A stretch of 64,000 nucleotides of DNA, taken from contig OZ241999.1 in assembly GCA_965204605.1 (NCBI GenBank), forward strand, positions 2,010,473-2,074,472, read 5' to 3'. Under the pieces are notes generated by a model. It saw nothing but the letters and a program-made list of their open reading frames with translations. It ran no database searches and was not told the origin of the DNA. This document shows positions 1 through 9,741 of the stretch, in pieces (positions within the stretch are counted from its first letter, which is position 1; every line of letters starts with the position of its first letter). Both the position numbers and the translations under genes were made by a program. This stretch comes from Dehalococcoidia bacterium. Its GTDB lineage: Bacteria > Chloroflexota > Dehalococcoidia > Lucifugimonadales > JADFKI01.

Positions 1-462
1 AACGGCAATATCAGATCGCTGCTGCGGTGGGAAGCATTGCTCATCATCATAGCGGTAGTCGTCGCAGTTGTTATGATAGCGACGTCCGCTACCAGGCCGC
101 TGACGCCCCTTGAGACGACGCTGTTTCAGCTAGTAACGCTTGGCGCGGGCATAGCGGGATCGTTCCTGCTGGGACGCGCGTCGGCGGCGCAGGCGGCGCG
201 CGACGTGATACGTCCGCATGCGCGCTCGGCGTTGCGTCAGTTGCTGGTGCTGAGCGATAGCCTTATCAGGCTTTCGGGCAGAATTAGAGAGTTCAGGGCG
301 AGCGGCGCCGACCCACGTTTGGATATAATCCAAGCAGTGATAGATGAGCAGATACCGATGGGACGTTCTGCCGTTGAGGGTTGGAACGATTTTGTGCCGG
401 ATGACGTTGACGAAGTCATCCAACGATGGCAGGAGGGATATGACGATGGCGGTTCAAACTAA
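1..462 (+). CDS. hypothetical membrane protein, probably 5'-truncated by the window edge
   Basis: ORF track gives 37..462 (TTG at 37), but the frame stays open back to base 1. Hydrophobic stretches LIIIAVVVAVVMIA and GAGIAGSFLLG. The 3' end overlaps the next gene by 23 nt. Confidence 0.5.
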   Translation, partial: NGNIRSLLRWEALLIIIAVVVAVVMIATSATRPLTPLETTLFQLVTLGAGIAGSFLLGRASAAQAARDVIRPHARSALRQLLVLSDSLIRLSGRIREFRASGADPRLDIIQAVIDEQIPMGRSAVEGWNDFVPDDVDEVIQRWQEGYDDGGSN

Positions 463-898
463 AGTCATTCGTGGAAAGATAGCGCGGGTTGTCAATTCGC
501 GGGATGTCGTTCTGAACGTCGGCGAGGATAAGGGCGTGGAAGTCGGGATGCTCTTTGACATCCTTTATCCTCGCGGGATGGATGTTGAAGATCCGGACAC
601 CGGCGAAGCGTTGGGATCCGTGCATGTCCCAAAGACGCGAGTGCGGGTTGTCAGCGTTTATGACAGGTTGGCGCTGGCGTCCACATATCGCGCAAAGCCC
701 GTGAATGTCAGGGTAGCCGACGCTTCCAACCTATCCGGCTCTGCCGCTATCGCCGCAGCCTTCAGCCCGCCCAAGTGGGAAACGCGCTATGAAACCCTCA
801 GAGCGGGCGGCGCGTTCGAGCGCGATACGGCGGATATGAGCGAAGACGAAAGCTTCGTCAAGACGGGCGATCCGGTTGTCCAAGTGGCCGGGGAGTAG
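440..898 (+). CDS. hypothetical small protein, no family recognised
   Basis: ATG at 440 is preceded by AGGAGGG (431-437). The longer 344 start would lie inside the upstream gene. Ends 42 nt before the MmeI-like gene. Confidence 0.55.
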   Translation: MTMAVQTKVIRGKIARVVNSRDVVLNVGEDKGVEVGMLFDILYPRGMDVEDPDTGEALGSVHVPKTRVRVVSVYDRLALASTYRAKPVNVRVADASNLSGSAAIAAAFSPPKWETRYETLRAGGAFERDTADMSEDESFVKTGDPVVQVAGE

Positions 899-940
899 GC
901 GAATAGCGCAACGGCGGCAAACGGCATGGGAGCGTAACGA

Positions 941-3721
941 ATGACAATCCCCAACCCAGGCGCTATGACGCCGCAGCAGTTCATCGACAAGTGGCGCAAT
1001 ACACGCTTCGGCGAAAAGCAGGCGTCGCAGCTCTGGTTCGCCGATCTGCTCCAACTGGTGGGACATCCCGATCCGGTAGAGTACGGCGACCGCGAAAACT
1101 TCACATTCGAGAAGGCGGTGCCGGGCGGCTTCGCGGACGCCTACAAGCAGGGGCATTTCGGCTGGGAGTTCAAAAGATCGCATAGGCAGCTTCAGGGCGC
1201 GTTCGACCAACTGCTGCGCTATCAGGTCTATCTGCAGACGCCGCCGTTGCTGGTGGTGTCGGCGTTCTCGCTCATACGCATTCAGACGAACTTCCCCGGC
1301 AAAGAGACGGTCGTCCACGATATACCGATAACCGAACTGACCTATCCGGAGCAGTTCAACAAACTCCGCAACATATTCTTCGCGCCCCAAGAGTTCGATC
1401 CGGGGCGCACAGTGGAAGAGGTTACGCAGGAAACCGCCCGCCTGTTCGCCAAAATCGCCAAATATATGGAAGGCGAGGATATTGACGCCGAGCGGATGGC
1501 GCGCTACCTCAATCAGCTGGCGCTCTGCCTCTACGCCGAAAACACCGATCTGCTGCCCGAAAGCGTGTTCACCAGAATCATCAAAAGATACTCCGTCGAC
1601 CCTACGCGCTTCAATCTGAGAGTGCGCAATCTCTTCGCCCAAATGAGCGTGGGCGGGGCGTTTGGAATTGACGACATCCCCTATTTCAACGGCGATCTGT
1701 TCGACGGCGCAGAACCAGTCGAGTTGAATGACAGCGCACTGTTGCAACTTGCCCTCGCCACGGACGAAAACTGGCGCAACATAGAGCCGTCCATATTCGG
1801 CACGCTGTTCGAAAGAGCGCTGGACGCCGCAAAGCGCTCTAGCTACGGCACGCACTACACTAGCGCCGCCGACATTATGCTGGTGATAGAACCGGTGCTG
1901 ATGAAGCCCTTGCGCCGCGAATGGGATGCCGCCAAGTCCAATGCGGGTGCGCTGCTTGCGGACGGCGAAACCGCCGACGCTTTCGCAGTATTAGACGCTT
2001 TCAGAGAGCGCTTGACGAACGTCACCGTGCTGGATCCGGCTTGCGGCAGCGGCAATTTTCTGTACATCGCATTGCGCGCGCTGCTAGACCTTGAGAGAGA
2101 GGTCATAGACTACACGGAGAGACGGCATATAGATTACGCCGAAGGCAAGTACGCCGCGGACTACACGCCGCGCGTGTCCCCAAGCCAAATGTACGGCTTG
2201 GAGATTGACCCCTACGCCGCCGAACTCGCGCGCACCGCGCTTTGGATTGGCTATATCCAATGGCATTACGCCAACGGCGTGGCGTACAACCGCCGCCCCG
2301 TGCTAACGCCCATGGACACCATCCGCCGCGCCGACGCCATACTTGAGTATGACCACGAGAGCAACCCCGTCGAGCCCGAATGGCCCGACGCCGAATTCAT
2401 CGTGGGCAACCCGCCGTTTCTTGGACGAATGCACCTCAGACGGGAAGTCGGCGATAAATACACCGAGGATCTGTTTCGCCTTTACGGAGACCGCCTGCCT
2501 AATCACAGCGATATATGCTGTTACTGGTTTGAGAAGGCGCGCGCCCAAATCGCCGCTGGCAAAACCAAGCGCGCCGGCTTACTCGCCACCCAAGCGATAC
2601 GCTTTCAAACCAACCGCCCCGTGTTGGCGCGCATCAAAGAGAGCGGGGACATCTTTATGGCGGTCTCCGATCAAGACTGGGTGCTTGAAGGCGCTAACGT
2701 CCACATATCCATAGTGGGATTCGACGACGGCAGCGATACGGAACGCACGCTCGACGGCGTTAGCGTTTCAGACATCAACGCCGATTTGACTATTGGCGTT
2801 GACCTGACACAGGCTCAGCGTTTGACTGAGAACGCCGGCATCAGTTTCAAAGGCGATATAAAAATCGGACCCTTTGAAATCAGCAGGGGCGTTGCCGAGC
2901 GAATGCTGACTGCCGCCAACCCTCACGGCAGACCCAACAGCGACGTCGTGAAGCGCTGGCTAAACGGGCGTGACATAAATCAGAGACCGCGCGATATGTG
3001 GATAATCGACTTTGGCGCGGATATGCCCGAAGCCGAAGCCGCGCTGTATGAAGCGCCTTTTGAGCATGTGGCTGCCGAAGTAAAGCCCAATAGAGTGAAT
3101 AACCGAATGAAGCGGCGAGCGCAAAATTGGTGGCTGCACGGTTCCGCTGCGCCCAAAATGCGCCAGGCAATAGAAGGCTTGCGGCGTTACATCGGCACAA
3201 GCATGGTGTCCAAGCATCGCGTCTTTGCATTCATCGACGGCGATGTGCTGCCTGACGGCACCATTGTGGTTATAGCCCGCGATGATGATTACACTTTCGG
3301 TATATTGTCCAGCCATATCCATACAACTTGGGCAATGTCCATCGGGACGCAACTTGAGGCGCGTCCACGTTACACGCCAACTACTTGCTTTGAAACGTTC
3401 CCGTTCCCGCGCCCTACCGACGAACAGCGCGCTGCGATAGCGGCGGCGGCAAAGCGGTTGGACGAACTGCGGCGCAACTGGCTGCATCCAAGCGCAACGG
3501 ATATTCCCGGCGACGACGCCGAAGTCGAGGCCGAGCTCCGCAGGCGCACGCTGACCGCGCTCTACAACGCCAACCCCACTTGGCTGCGGAACGCCCACGC
3601 CGCGCTCGACGCAGCGGTAGCCGCCGCATACGGCTGGGATGCCGATATAGACGAGCAGGAAATCCTGGCCCGCCTCTTGGAGATCAACCTGCGGCGATAT
3701 GAAGAGGAACAAGCGGGATGA
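941..3721 (+). CDS. MmeI-family type IIL/IIG restriction-modification enzyme (fused endonuclease + N6-adenine DNA methyltransferase + target recognition region)
   Basis: 926-aa ORF. N-terminal D-X9-E-X-K motif (GFADAYKQGHFGWEFK) in the MmeI arrangement, SAM motif I VLDPACGSGNFLYIAL, catalytic motif IV FIVGNPPFLG, and a long C-terminal region. Confidence 0.85.
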   Translation: MTIPNPGAMTPQQFIDKWRNTRFGEKQASQLWFADLLQLVGHPDPVEYGDRENFTFEKAVPGGFADAYKQGHFGWEFKRSHRQLQGAFDQLLRYQVYLQTPPLLVVSAFSLIRIQTNFPGKETVVHDIPITELTYPEQFNKLRNIFFAPQEFDPGRTVEEVTQETARLFAKIAKYMEGEDIDAERMARYLNQLALCLYAENTDLLPESVFTRIIKRYSVDPTRFNLRVRNLFAQMSVGGAFGIDDIPYFNGDLFDGAEPVELNDSALLQLALATDENWRNIEPSIFGTLFERALDAAKRSSYGTHYTSAADIMLVIEPVLMKPLRREWDAAKSNAGALLADGETADAFAVLDAFRERLTNVTVLDPACGSGNFLYIALRALLDLEREVIDYTERRHIDYAEGKYAADYTPRVSPSQMYGLEIDPYAAELARTALWIGYIQWHYANGVAYNRRPVLTPMDTIRRADAILEYDHESNPVEPEWPDAEFIVGNPPFLGRMHLRREVGDKYTEDLFRLYGDRLPNHSDICCYWFEKARAQIAAGKTKRAGLLATQAIRFQTNRPVLARIKESGDIFMAVSDQDWVLEGANVHISIVGFDDGSDTERTLDGVSVSDINADLTIGVDLTQAQRLTENAGISFKGDIKIGPFEISRGVAERMLTAANPHGRPNSDVVKRWLNGRDINQRPRDMWIIDFGADMPEAEAALYEAPFEHVAAEVKPNRVNNRMKRRAQNWWLHGSAAPKMRQAIEGLRRYIGTSMVSKHRVFAFIDGDVLPDGTIVVIARDDDYTFGILSSHIHTTWAMSIGTQLEARPRYTPTTCFETFPFPRPTDEQRAAIAAAAKRLDELRRNWLHPSATDIPGDDAEVEAELRRRTLTALYNANPTWLRNAHAALDAAVAAAYGWDADIDEQEILARLLEINLRRYEEEQAG

Positions 3722-3830
3722 CAACGCCGCCGCAAAGTTGCGCGATATAGCGCCCATTGCTATGGTGAACGCATCGGCGGCGGCGCTGACTCCACTCCCA
3801 CTATTGCCATCATCAAGGAAGGAAATCGCA

Positions 3831-4097
3831 ATGAGCATCAATATCAAGGACAAAGACACCTGCCAACTGGCGAGGGAATTGGCGCATATCACCGGCGAAC
3901 CGATGGATGCGGCAATCGCGGCCGCAATCCAAGAGCGCCTTGAACGCGAGCGGCGCAATCGCAACGTGGAAGCTCGCCTGCGGGAGTTGCGCGCTATAAG
4001 CGAGCGCTGCGGCCGACTGCTGCGCGACGCCCCGCCCGGCCCGTCCGCCGTCGATCACGGCGATCTTCTGTATGATGAACACGGGCTGCCGAAGTGA
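3831..4097 (+). CDS. vapB: type II antitoxin, VapB family
   Basis: ATG at 3831 follows AAGGAAGGA. MSINIKDKDTCQLARELAHITGEPMDAAIAAAIQERLERERR and a C-terminal YDEHGLP are typical of VapB partners of PIN toxins. The stop overlaps the vapC start (GTGA). Confidence 0.8.
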   Translation: MSINIKDKDTCQLARELAHITGEPMDAAIAAAIQERLERERRNRNVEARLRELRAISERCGRLLRDAPPGPSAVDHGDLLYDEHGLPK

Positions 4098-4480
4098 TTG
4101 TTGACACATCGGCGCTTGTGGCGATTCTGTTCGATGAGTCGGATGCCGGGTACTATCTGAGGATGGTAACGGAAGCGCCGCGCTGTAGCATGTCGGCAGC
4201 GAGCTACTTAGAGGCGACTATCGTTGTGGAAAGACGCCTCGGCGCCTTAGGCGGCCAAGAACTTGAACTTTTCGTGAATAGAACGCCGATATACCTAGAG
4301 CCGGTAACGCTTGATCAGGCGGAGGCGGCGCGGCGGGCATGGCGGCGGTTCGGCAGGGGCAATCATCCTGCCAGGCTAAACTATGGGGACTGCTTCGCCT
4401 ATGCGCTATCTAAAGTCAGCGGCGAACCTCTGCTATTCAAAGGGATGGATTTCGCGCGCACCGACATAGAGCCTGCATGA
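4094..4480 (+). CDS. vapC: type II toxin, PIN-domain ribonuclease VapC
   Basis: MIVDTSALVAILFDE N-terminus and NYGDCFAYALSKVSGEPLLFKGMDFARTDI C-terminus. GTG start overlaps the vapB stop. Confidence 0.9.
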   Translation: MIVDTSALVAILFDESDAGYYLRMVTEAPRCSMSAASYLEATIVVERRLGALGGQELELFVNRTPIYLEPVTLDQAEAARRAWRRFGRGNHPARLNYGDCFAYALSKVSGEPLLFKGMDFARTDIEPA

Positions 4481-4515
4481 ACGCCAAGCAATCAAGTATA
4501 TGAGGAACAACCGCA

Positions 4516-5175
4516 ATGACCACGCCGTTATCACAAATACCCAAGCCGCAAGCCGCTCACTACGCCGCCGGGCGCAAACTCTTTCTTGTGCCAATCTACC
4601 TGTTCCCGGCCGATCTGCCGGACGACGCCAAGCGCTTGCTTGAGCGCTACTGGTCCGATGTGCGCGATCACATACAGAACTTGGAGCGCGCTTTGGGCGG
4701 CGCGGCGCATGTGTTTCACGAAGCGATATACGCCGGCGGCGACGAAGGCTTGGCGATGATAGAGGCGATGAACCCATTCGGCAGCGGGTTCGCGCAGGCG
4801 CTATGCCGCGGCGGCGCTATGCTGCAGCCCACCGAAGACGGCGCGCTGGTGGCGGAGCATTCGGACTGGCAGCGCTGCCTATCCATCGGGCTGCTGAGCG
4901 AAAAGGTAATGGAATTGGCGATGGCGGGCGTGCAGGAAACGGCGCAAAAACGCTTCGACCACATAGCGACGCGCATATCCGAATGCCTATCCGACGGGGA
5001 AGCGGGCGTGCTGTTCATCAGCGAGGGGCATCGCGTTCAGTTCGCGGCGGACATACAGGTATTCTTCGTAGCGCCGCCCTCGCAGGACGCGCTCAAGCGC
5101 TGGCTTGACAATCAAATGCGCGCCTATGCGTCCGCAGAGCAAAGCGCGAAATCATCGGAATCAGAGGGGGCATAG
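4516..5175 (+). CDS. hypothetical protein
   Basis: 219-aa ORF with reasonable composition. Its stop lies 2 nt before the next ORF. No family recognised. Confidence 0.6.
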   Translation: MTTPLSQIPKPQAAHYAAGRKLFLVPIYLFPADLPDDAKRLLERYWSDVRDHIQNLERALGGAAHVFHEAIYAGGDEGLAMIEAMNPFGSGFAQALCRGGAMLQPTEDGALVAEHSDWQRCLSIGLLSEKVMELAMAGVQETAQKRFDHIATRISECLSDGEAGVLFISEGHRVQFAADIQVFFVAPPSQDALKRWLDNQMRAYASAEQSAKSSESEGA

Positions 5176-5177
5176 CA

Positions 5178-5789
5178 ATGGCGAAACGGCGCAGAAACGG
5201 CAAGAGCGGCAGATGGGAAAAGCGCACCTTCGACCTCTCGCCGCAAAGCAGATGGACGGCAAAGCCCGGCAACAACATCTTTGTGGCGGACAGGGGGACG
5301 GTTCAATTCGAAGTGCCGAAAGACTGGATACTCAAGCCCAACGAAAATTCCATCTGCTTCTACGACGGCGAAGAGCCGGACGACAACATACGGCTTGAGA
5401 TGTCGGTGATAAGCATCCCGAAAATGACCGAGATAGACGGGCGGGTAGTGGAGCTCAGACTGCGCGGGCGTCCGCTGGAAGACATCCTCGAAGAGCGCGT
5501 CATAGCCGGCGATAGGCGGGGGCTCATAAAGCGGTCGGGCGTGCGCCGAATGCGGCGGGACGGCATTGAGGCGGTGTGGGTAGAGGCGGACTTCATGGAT
5601 CCCACTGAGAAGCGCCTGGCGCACTCGCGGATGTGCCTGGCGCGCGGCTTCAATGTGCAGCCGCTAATCACGATGGAGTTTTGGCCCGAAGACAGGCGCC
5701 TGGCGACCCGCGTTTGGGACGACGTGCTAGAGACGCTGAAGCTGGGCGAAGAGATCGAGAACCCGTTCCGCGGCCCGCTCCCAAGCTAA
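5178..5789 (+). CDS. hypothetical protein
   Basis: 203-aa ORF with a basic N-terminus (MAKRRRNGKSGRWEKR). Tightly follows 4516..5175. No family recognised. Confidence 0.6.
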   Translation: MAKRRRNGKSGRWEKRTFDLSPQSRWTAKPGNNIFVADRGTVQFEVPKDWILKPNENSICFYDGEEPDDNIRLEMSVISIPKMTEIDGRVVELRLRGRPLEDILEERVIAGDRRGLIKRSGVRRMRRDGIEAVWVEADFMDPTEKRLAHSRMCLARGFNVQPLITMEFWPEDRRLATRVWDDVLETLKLGEEIENPFRGPLPS

Positions 5790-5862
5790 CGCACGCATAT
5801 CGCACACGACGCACTCACGCCGCCCATATCGCATACCACAGATAGGCTAAGGGGATTACGCA

Positions 5863-6426
5863 ATGACCACGGCAACCACAACGAAGCCGCTGACCTACGA
5901 AGAATACCTGGACACGCCCGAAATCGAGGGGCGTTTCGACATCGTTGACGGAGAGATGATAATGGCAGCTGCGCCCACAAACGAACACCAAGAAACGATT
6001 GGCGAGTTCTACTTCATTCTGCGTCCATTTGTAATTGAGCGCAACCTGGGCAAAGTGCTGTTCGCGCCGTTGGACATCGTAATACGGCGCAACCCGCTGC
6101 GGACGCGCCAGCCGGACTTGTTGCTGCTAAGCAACGAAAGTTACGCGCGCATAGACCGCCACTTGCCGATAGAAGAGGCGCCTGAGTTGACGATAGAAAT
6201 ACTATCGCCGTCCAACACCCGCCGCCGAATCCAAGACGTGCTGGCGGACTACGCCGCAATCGGCGTGAAAGAGTGCTGGCTAGTGTCCCTAGACGCGCGC
6301 ACGATAGAAGTGCTGACGCTGGTGAACGGCGAATGGCAACGCTTGGCGCTGCTGGGCATAGGGGACAGGATGCGCTCCGAAGCGCTTGCGGGGTTGGATG
6401 TAGAGGTGGGACAGTTCTTCATATAA
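5863..6426 (+). CDS. Uma2-family (DUF820) endonuclease, copy 1
   Basis: YEEYLDTPE..RFDIVDGEMIM, QPDLLLLS and PELTIEILSPSN are the Uma2 PD-(D/E)xK signature blocks. AAGGGG RBS lies 8 nt upstream. Confidence 0.85.
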   Translation: MTTATTTKPLTYEEYLDTPEIEGRFDIVDGEMIMAAAPTNEHQETIGEFYFILRPFVIERNLGKVLFAPLDIVIRRNPLRTRQPDLLLLSNESYARIDRHLPIEEAPELTIEILSPSNTRRRIQDVLADYAAIGVKECWLVSLDARTIEVLTLVNGEWQRLALLGIGDRMRSEALAGLDVEVGQFFI

Positions 6427-6469
6427 TCGCCGCGCAATCCCGCGCTTGGCGCATGTAAGGGGTATGAAA

Positions 6470-7036
6470 ATGACAACCACGGCGACGCAGACGCAACTGC
6501 TGACCTACGAAGAATACCTGGACACGCCCGAAATCGAGGGGCGTTTCGACATCGTTGACGGAGAGATGATAATGGCGCCTTCCCCAATACCTGAGCATCA
6601 GATAACCATCAAGCGGTTCTTGTTCACCTTGAACCAGTTTATCGTTGAGCGCAACCTTGGCATACTGCTATTTGCGCCGCTTGACGTCGTGATACGGCGC
6701 AACCCGCTGCGGACGCGGCAGCCGGACTTGCTGCTGCTAAGCAACGAAACTTTCGCCCGCATATACCTCGACCGGCCGATAGAAGAAGCGCCGGAGTTGG
6801 CGATAGAAATACTATCGCCGTCCAACACGCGCCGCCGCGTCCAAGATACGCTTGCGGACTACGCCGCCATCGGCGTGAAAGAGTGCTGGCTGGTGTCCCT
6901 AGCCGCGCGCACGATAGAGGTTCTGACGCTGGTGAACGGGGAATGGCAACGCTTGGCGCTGCTAGGCATCGGGGACAGGATGCGCTCCGAAGCGCTTGCG
7001 GGACTGGATGTAGAGGTGGGGCAGTTCTTCGTATAA
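6470..7036 (+). CDS. Uma2-family (DUF820) endonuclease, copy 2 (tandem paralogue)
   Basis: Same signature blocks as copy 1. ATG at 6470 is placed behind AAGGGG as in copy 1. The ORF track's upstream TTG at 6446 is also possible. Confidence 0.85.
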   Translation: MTTTATQTQLLTYEEYLDTPEIEGRFDIVDGEMIMAPSPIPEHQITIKRFLFTLNQFIVERNLGILLFAPLDVVIRRNPLRTRQPDLLLLSNETFARIYLDRPIEEAPELAIEILSPSNTRRRVQDTLADYAAIGVKECWLVSLAARTIEVLTLVNGEWQRLALLGIGDRMRSEALAGLDVEVGQFFV

Positions 7037-7094
7037 TCGCTAGGCAACCACACCGCGATGACGATGCTTATCAGCAAACTGACAGGAGAATCTT

Positions 7095-8801
7095 ATGTCG
7101 AGCAATCCCGGCGATAGCCCGCTTCGCAGCCGCGCTTGGTTTGATACGCCCGAACTCTACGGCTGGCTTCGGCAGGCGGCGTTCAAGGCGCAAGGCTTCG
7201 GCGAGCCGGCGTATCAAAACAAGCCCGTCATCGGCATATGCAACACTTGGAGCGAACTGACGCACTGCAATGCCCATCTGCGCCAGCTTGCCGATGCGGT
7301 CAAGCGCGGCGTGTGGCAGGCGGGCGGCTTCCCGATGGAATTCCCGGTGATGTCGCTGGGCGAATACAATATGCGCCCAACTACGATGCTGTTCCGCAAC
7401 CTGATGAGCATGGATGTGGAAGAGTCCATCAGCGCTAACCCGCTTGACGGCGTTGTGCTGCTTGGCGGCTGCGACAAGACCACGCCGGCGCTGCTTATGG
7501 GCGCGGCGAGCGCCGACGTTCCCGCCATTCTGGTTACGGGCGGGCCGCAACTCAAGGGCAACTGGCGCGGCGAAGAACTCGGCTCTTGCACCGACTGCCG
7601 CCGCTATCACACCGAACTGCGTGCAGGGCGCATAGACGCAGAGCAGTGGAACGAAATTCAGAACTCCATTCTGCGCAGCCCCGGCCACTGCATGGTGATG
7701 GGCACGGCATCTACGATGGCGTCTATGGGCGAGGCGCTTGGCATTGCGCTGCCCGGCAACGCCGCCATCCCCGCCGTGGACTCGCGCCGCATTCAGCTCG
7801 CCGAGGCCGCGGGCAGGCAGATACTTGCGCTTGTGGAGCGCGATCTGCGCCCATCGACCATTATGACGCGGCGCGCCTTCGAGAACGCCATACGCGCGCT
7901 GCACGCCTTGGGAGGCTCCACCAACGCCATCATCCACCTGACGGCGATTGCCGGACGGCTTGGAATAGAGTTGCCGCTGTCGATGTTCGACGAACTTTCG
8001 CGCAGCACGCCGTTCATCCTGAACCTGAAGCCGTCGGGCGAATTCCTTATGGAAGACTTCTTCTATGCGGGCGGGCTTCCGGCGCTGCTGAACGAACTGC
8101 GCCCGCTGCTGCATACCGACGCTATGACCGTTACCGGGCATGCGTTGGGCGATAATGTGGCGGGCGCTATCAACCATAACCCGAACTTGATACGCAGCCT
8201 TAATGATCCGCTGAACGCTGAGGGCGGGCTTGCGGTAGTCTATGGCTCGCTTGCGCCGAGTGGCGGCGTCATCAAGCCCACCGCCGCATCGCCTGAGCTG
8301 CTGACGCATCGCGGGCGGGCGCTTGTGTTCGAAGACCACGACGATATGGAACGCCGCATAGACGATCCCGACCTCGATGTGAACCCCGATGATGTGCTGG
8401 TGATGCGAACCGCCGGCCCCGTAGGCGGCCCCGGCATGCCGGAATGGGGCTTTCTGCCGCTGCCCCGCAAGCTTCTGCAGCGCGGCGTGCGCGATATGGT
8501 GCGCCTCAGCGACGCACGCATGAGCGGCACGGCATTCGGCACGGTGGTGGTGCATGTAGCGCCCGAATCGGCGGCGGGCAGCCCGCTGGCGGCAGTGCGC
8601 GACGGCGACATAATTGAGCTGAATGTCCCCAACCGCAGGCTTGACTTGCTGGTGGATGAGCGGGAAATTCAGCGCCGTCTTGACGAAACGCCGTCGCAGA
8701 AGCCGCATTTTGAGCGCGGCTACGGCTGGATGCACTCGCGGCACATTATGCAGGCGGACAAGGGCTGCGACTTCGACTTTCTGCGCGCTGAGGGATGCTA
8801 G
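7095..8801 (+). CDS. IlvD/Edd-family dehydratase, sugar-acid dehydratase-like
   Basis: 568 aa. GGCDKTTPA Fe-S ligand block and VRLSDARMSGTAFGTVVVHVAPE, which resembles the xylonate/arabonate dehydratase branch rather than the TDGRFSG of classical IlvD. AGGAG RBS at 7084. Confidence 0.9.
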   Translation: MSSNPGDSPLRSRAWFDTPELYGWLRQAAFKAQGFGEPAYQNKPVIGICNTWSELTHCNAHLRQLADAVKRGVWQAGGFPMEFPVMSLGEYNMRPTTMLFRNLMSMDVEESISANPLDGVVLLGGCDKTTPALLMGAASADVPAILVTGGPQLKGNWRGEELGSCTDCRRYHTELRAGRIDAEQWNEIQNSILRSPGHCMVMGTASTMASMGEALGIALPGNAAIPAVDSRRIQLAEAAGRQILALVERDLRPSTIMTRRAFENAIRALHALGGSTNAIIHLTAIAGRLGIELPLSMFDELSRSTPFILNLKPSGEFLMEDFFYAGGLPALLNELRPLLHTDAMTVTGHALGDNVAGAINHNPNLIRSLNDPLNAEGGLAVVYGSLAPSGGVIKPTAASPELLTHRGRALVFEDHDDMERRIDDPDLDVNPDDVLVMRTAGPVGGPGMPEWGFLPLPRKLLQRGVRDMVRLSDARMSGTAFGTVVVHVAPESAAGSPLAAVRDGDIIELNVPNRRLDLLVDEREIQRRLDETPSQKPHFERGYGWMHSRHIMQADKGCDFDFLRAEGC

Positions 8802-8880
8802 GGAAGTTCTTGCGATTTCCCCTAGCATAGCTCATAGCCCACGCATCGGCGTCCAATCCCTGCAGAGGCCGATGTTCACA

Positions 8881-9741
8881 CTATAGTAGCCGCGCCGCAA
8901 TCTCATCGGCGGGCTGCTTGGTGGCGCGGTGCTTGCCCACGTTCATGCCTTTTGATTTGCGGTCGCTGAATGTGGTCTCGACGGTTCGCAGGTCAAGCTC
9001 TTTTTGGACAGCCGCCATTTCCGATTGGGCGTTCAGCAGCCTGTCTTGCGCCATTTGGATGTAGGCTTCGCTGCGGTCTACGCCGATGTAGCGGTGTCCC
9101 AGCAGTTTGGCGGCGACTGCGGTTGTGCCGCTGCCAACATAGGGGTCAAGCACAACGCCGGGGTCGGCCGCGCCGAGTATGGCGATAATCACGCGCGCGG
9201 GCAGCCACAGCGGGAAGGGCGCAGGGTGCGGGTTCTTGCCCTCAGGGACGCCGCGCCATATGGATGTCAGTTTGGCGTCAACGGACTTCAGCTCTTTGCC
9301 AATCAGATGCGATCCGACGGGTTTGTACAGCCAATAGACGCGCTCGTCAACTTGCCAAAAGCGCCAGCCGCGAATGTTCGCCGCCAATACCCTGTCCCAG
9401 ATGATTTCCTGCTTGACCGTCCAATTCGTGCGGCGCAGCCAGTCCATCGGATGGAACATCTCGCCGCGCTCCCAGCGGATTTTGTGATTGTAGAAGAACG
9501 ATCCGCCCGGCGCGGTGATGCGGTAGATTTCGTTGAGCGCGTCCACCTGATTTTGCTGGTATTCGGCTTCGGGAACGGCGTCTTTGTAAGCGTCATAGAC
9601 GACGTTCTTGACCAGCCAACCCTTGTGCTTTTCCTGCTTGTTGTAGGGCGGCGAAGTTACGCCGACGTCAACGATTTCGGCAGGCAGTTTTCGGAGCTCC
9701 GTCAGCGTATCGCCGAGGATTAGGCGGTTGAAGTCGGTCAT
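8881..9741 (-). CDS. beta-class DNA amino-methyltransferase (N4-C or N6-A), SPPY type
   Basis: Motif IV VGVTSPPY sits N-terminal to motif I DPYVGSGTTAVAAKLLGHRYIGVD. Start overlaps the stop of the upstream gene (ATGA at 9741). Confidence 0.9.
   Translation of the reverse strand: MTDFNRLILGDTLTELRKLPAEIVDVGVTSPPYNKQEKHKGWLVKNVVYDAYKDAVPEAEYQQNQVDALNEIYRITAPGGSFFYNHKIRWERGEMFHPMDWLRRTNWTVKQEIIWDRVLAANIRGWRFWQVDERVYWLYKPVGSHLIGKELKSVDAKLTSIWRGVPEGKNPHPAPFPLWLPARVIIAILGAADPGVVLDPYVGSGTTAVAAKLLGHRYIGVDRSEAYIQMAQDRLLNAQSEMAAVQKELDLRTVETTFSDRKSKGMNVGKHRATKQPADEIAARLL

Noticed and set aside
731-3964. Long minus-strand ORFs (731..1855, 374 aa; 2960..3964, 334 aa) opposite the MmeI-like gene
   Set aside because: They are antisense to a gene with clear catalytic motifs. 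Their composition is Arg/Ala/Gly-rich and no motifs are recognisable. These are typical high-GC shadow ORFs.
7071-8828. 585-aa minus-strand ORF covering the whole dehydratase gene
   Set aside because: It is an exact antisense shadow of a well-supported IlvD/Edd gene, with an Arg/Ala/His-rich low-complexity translation.
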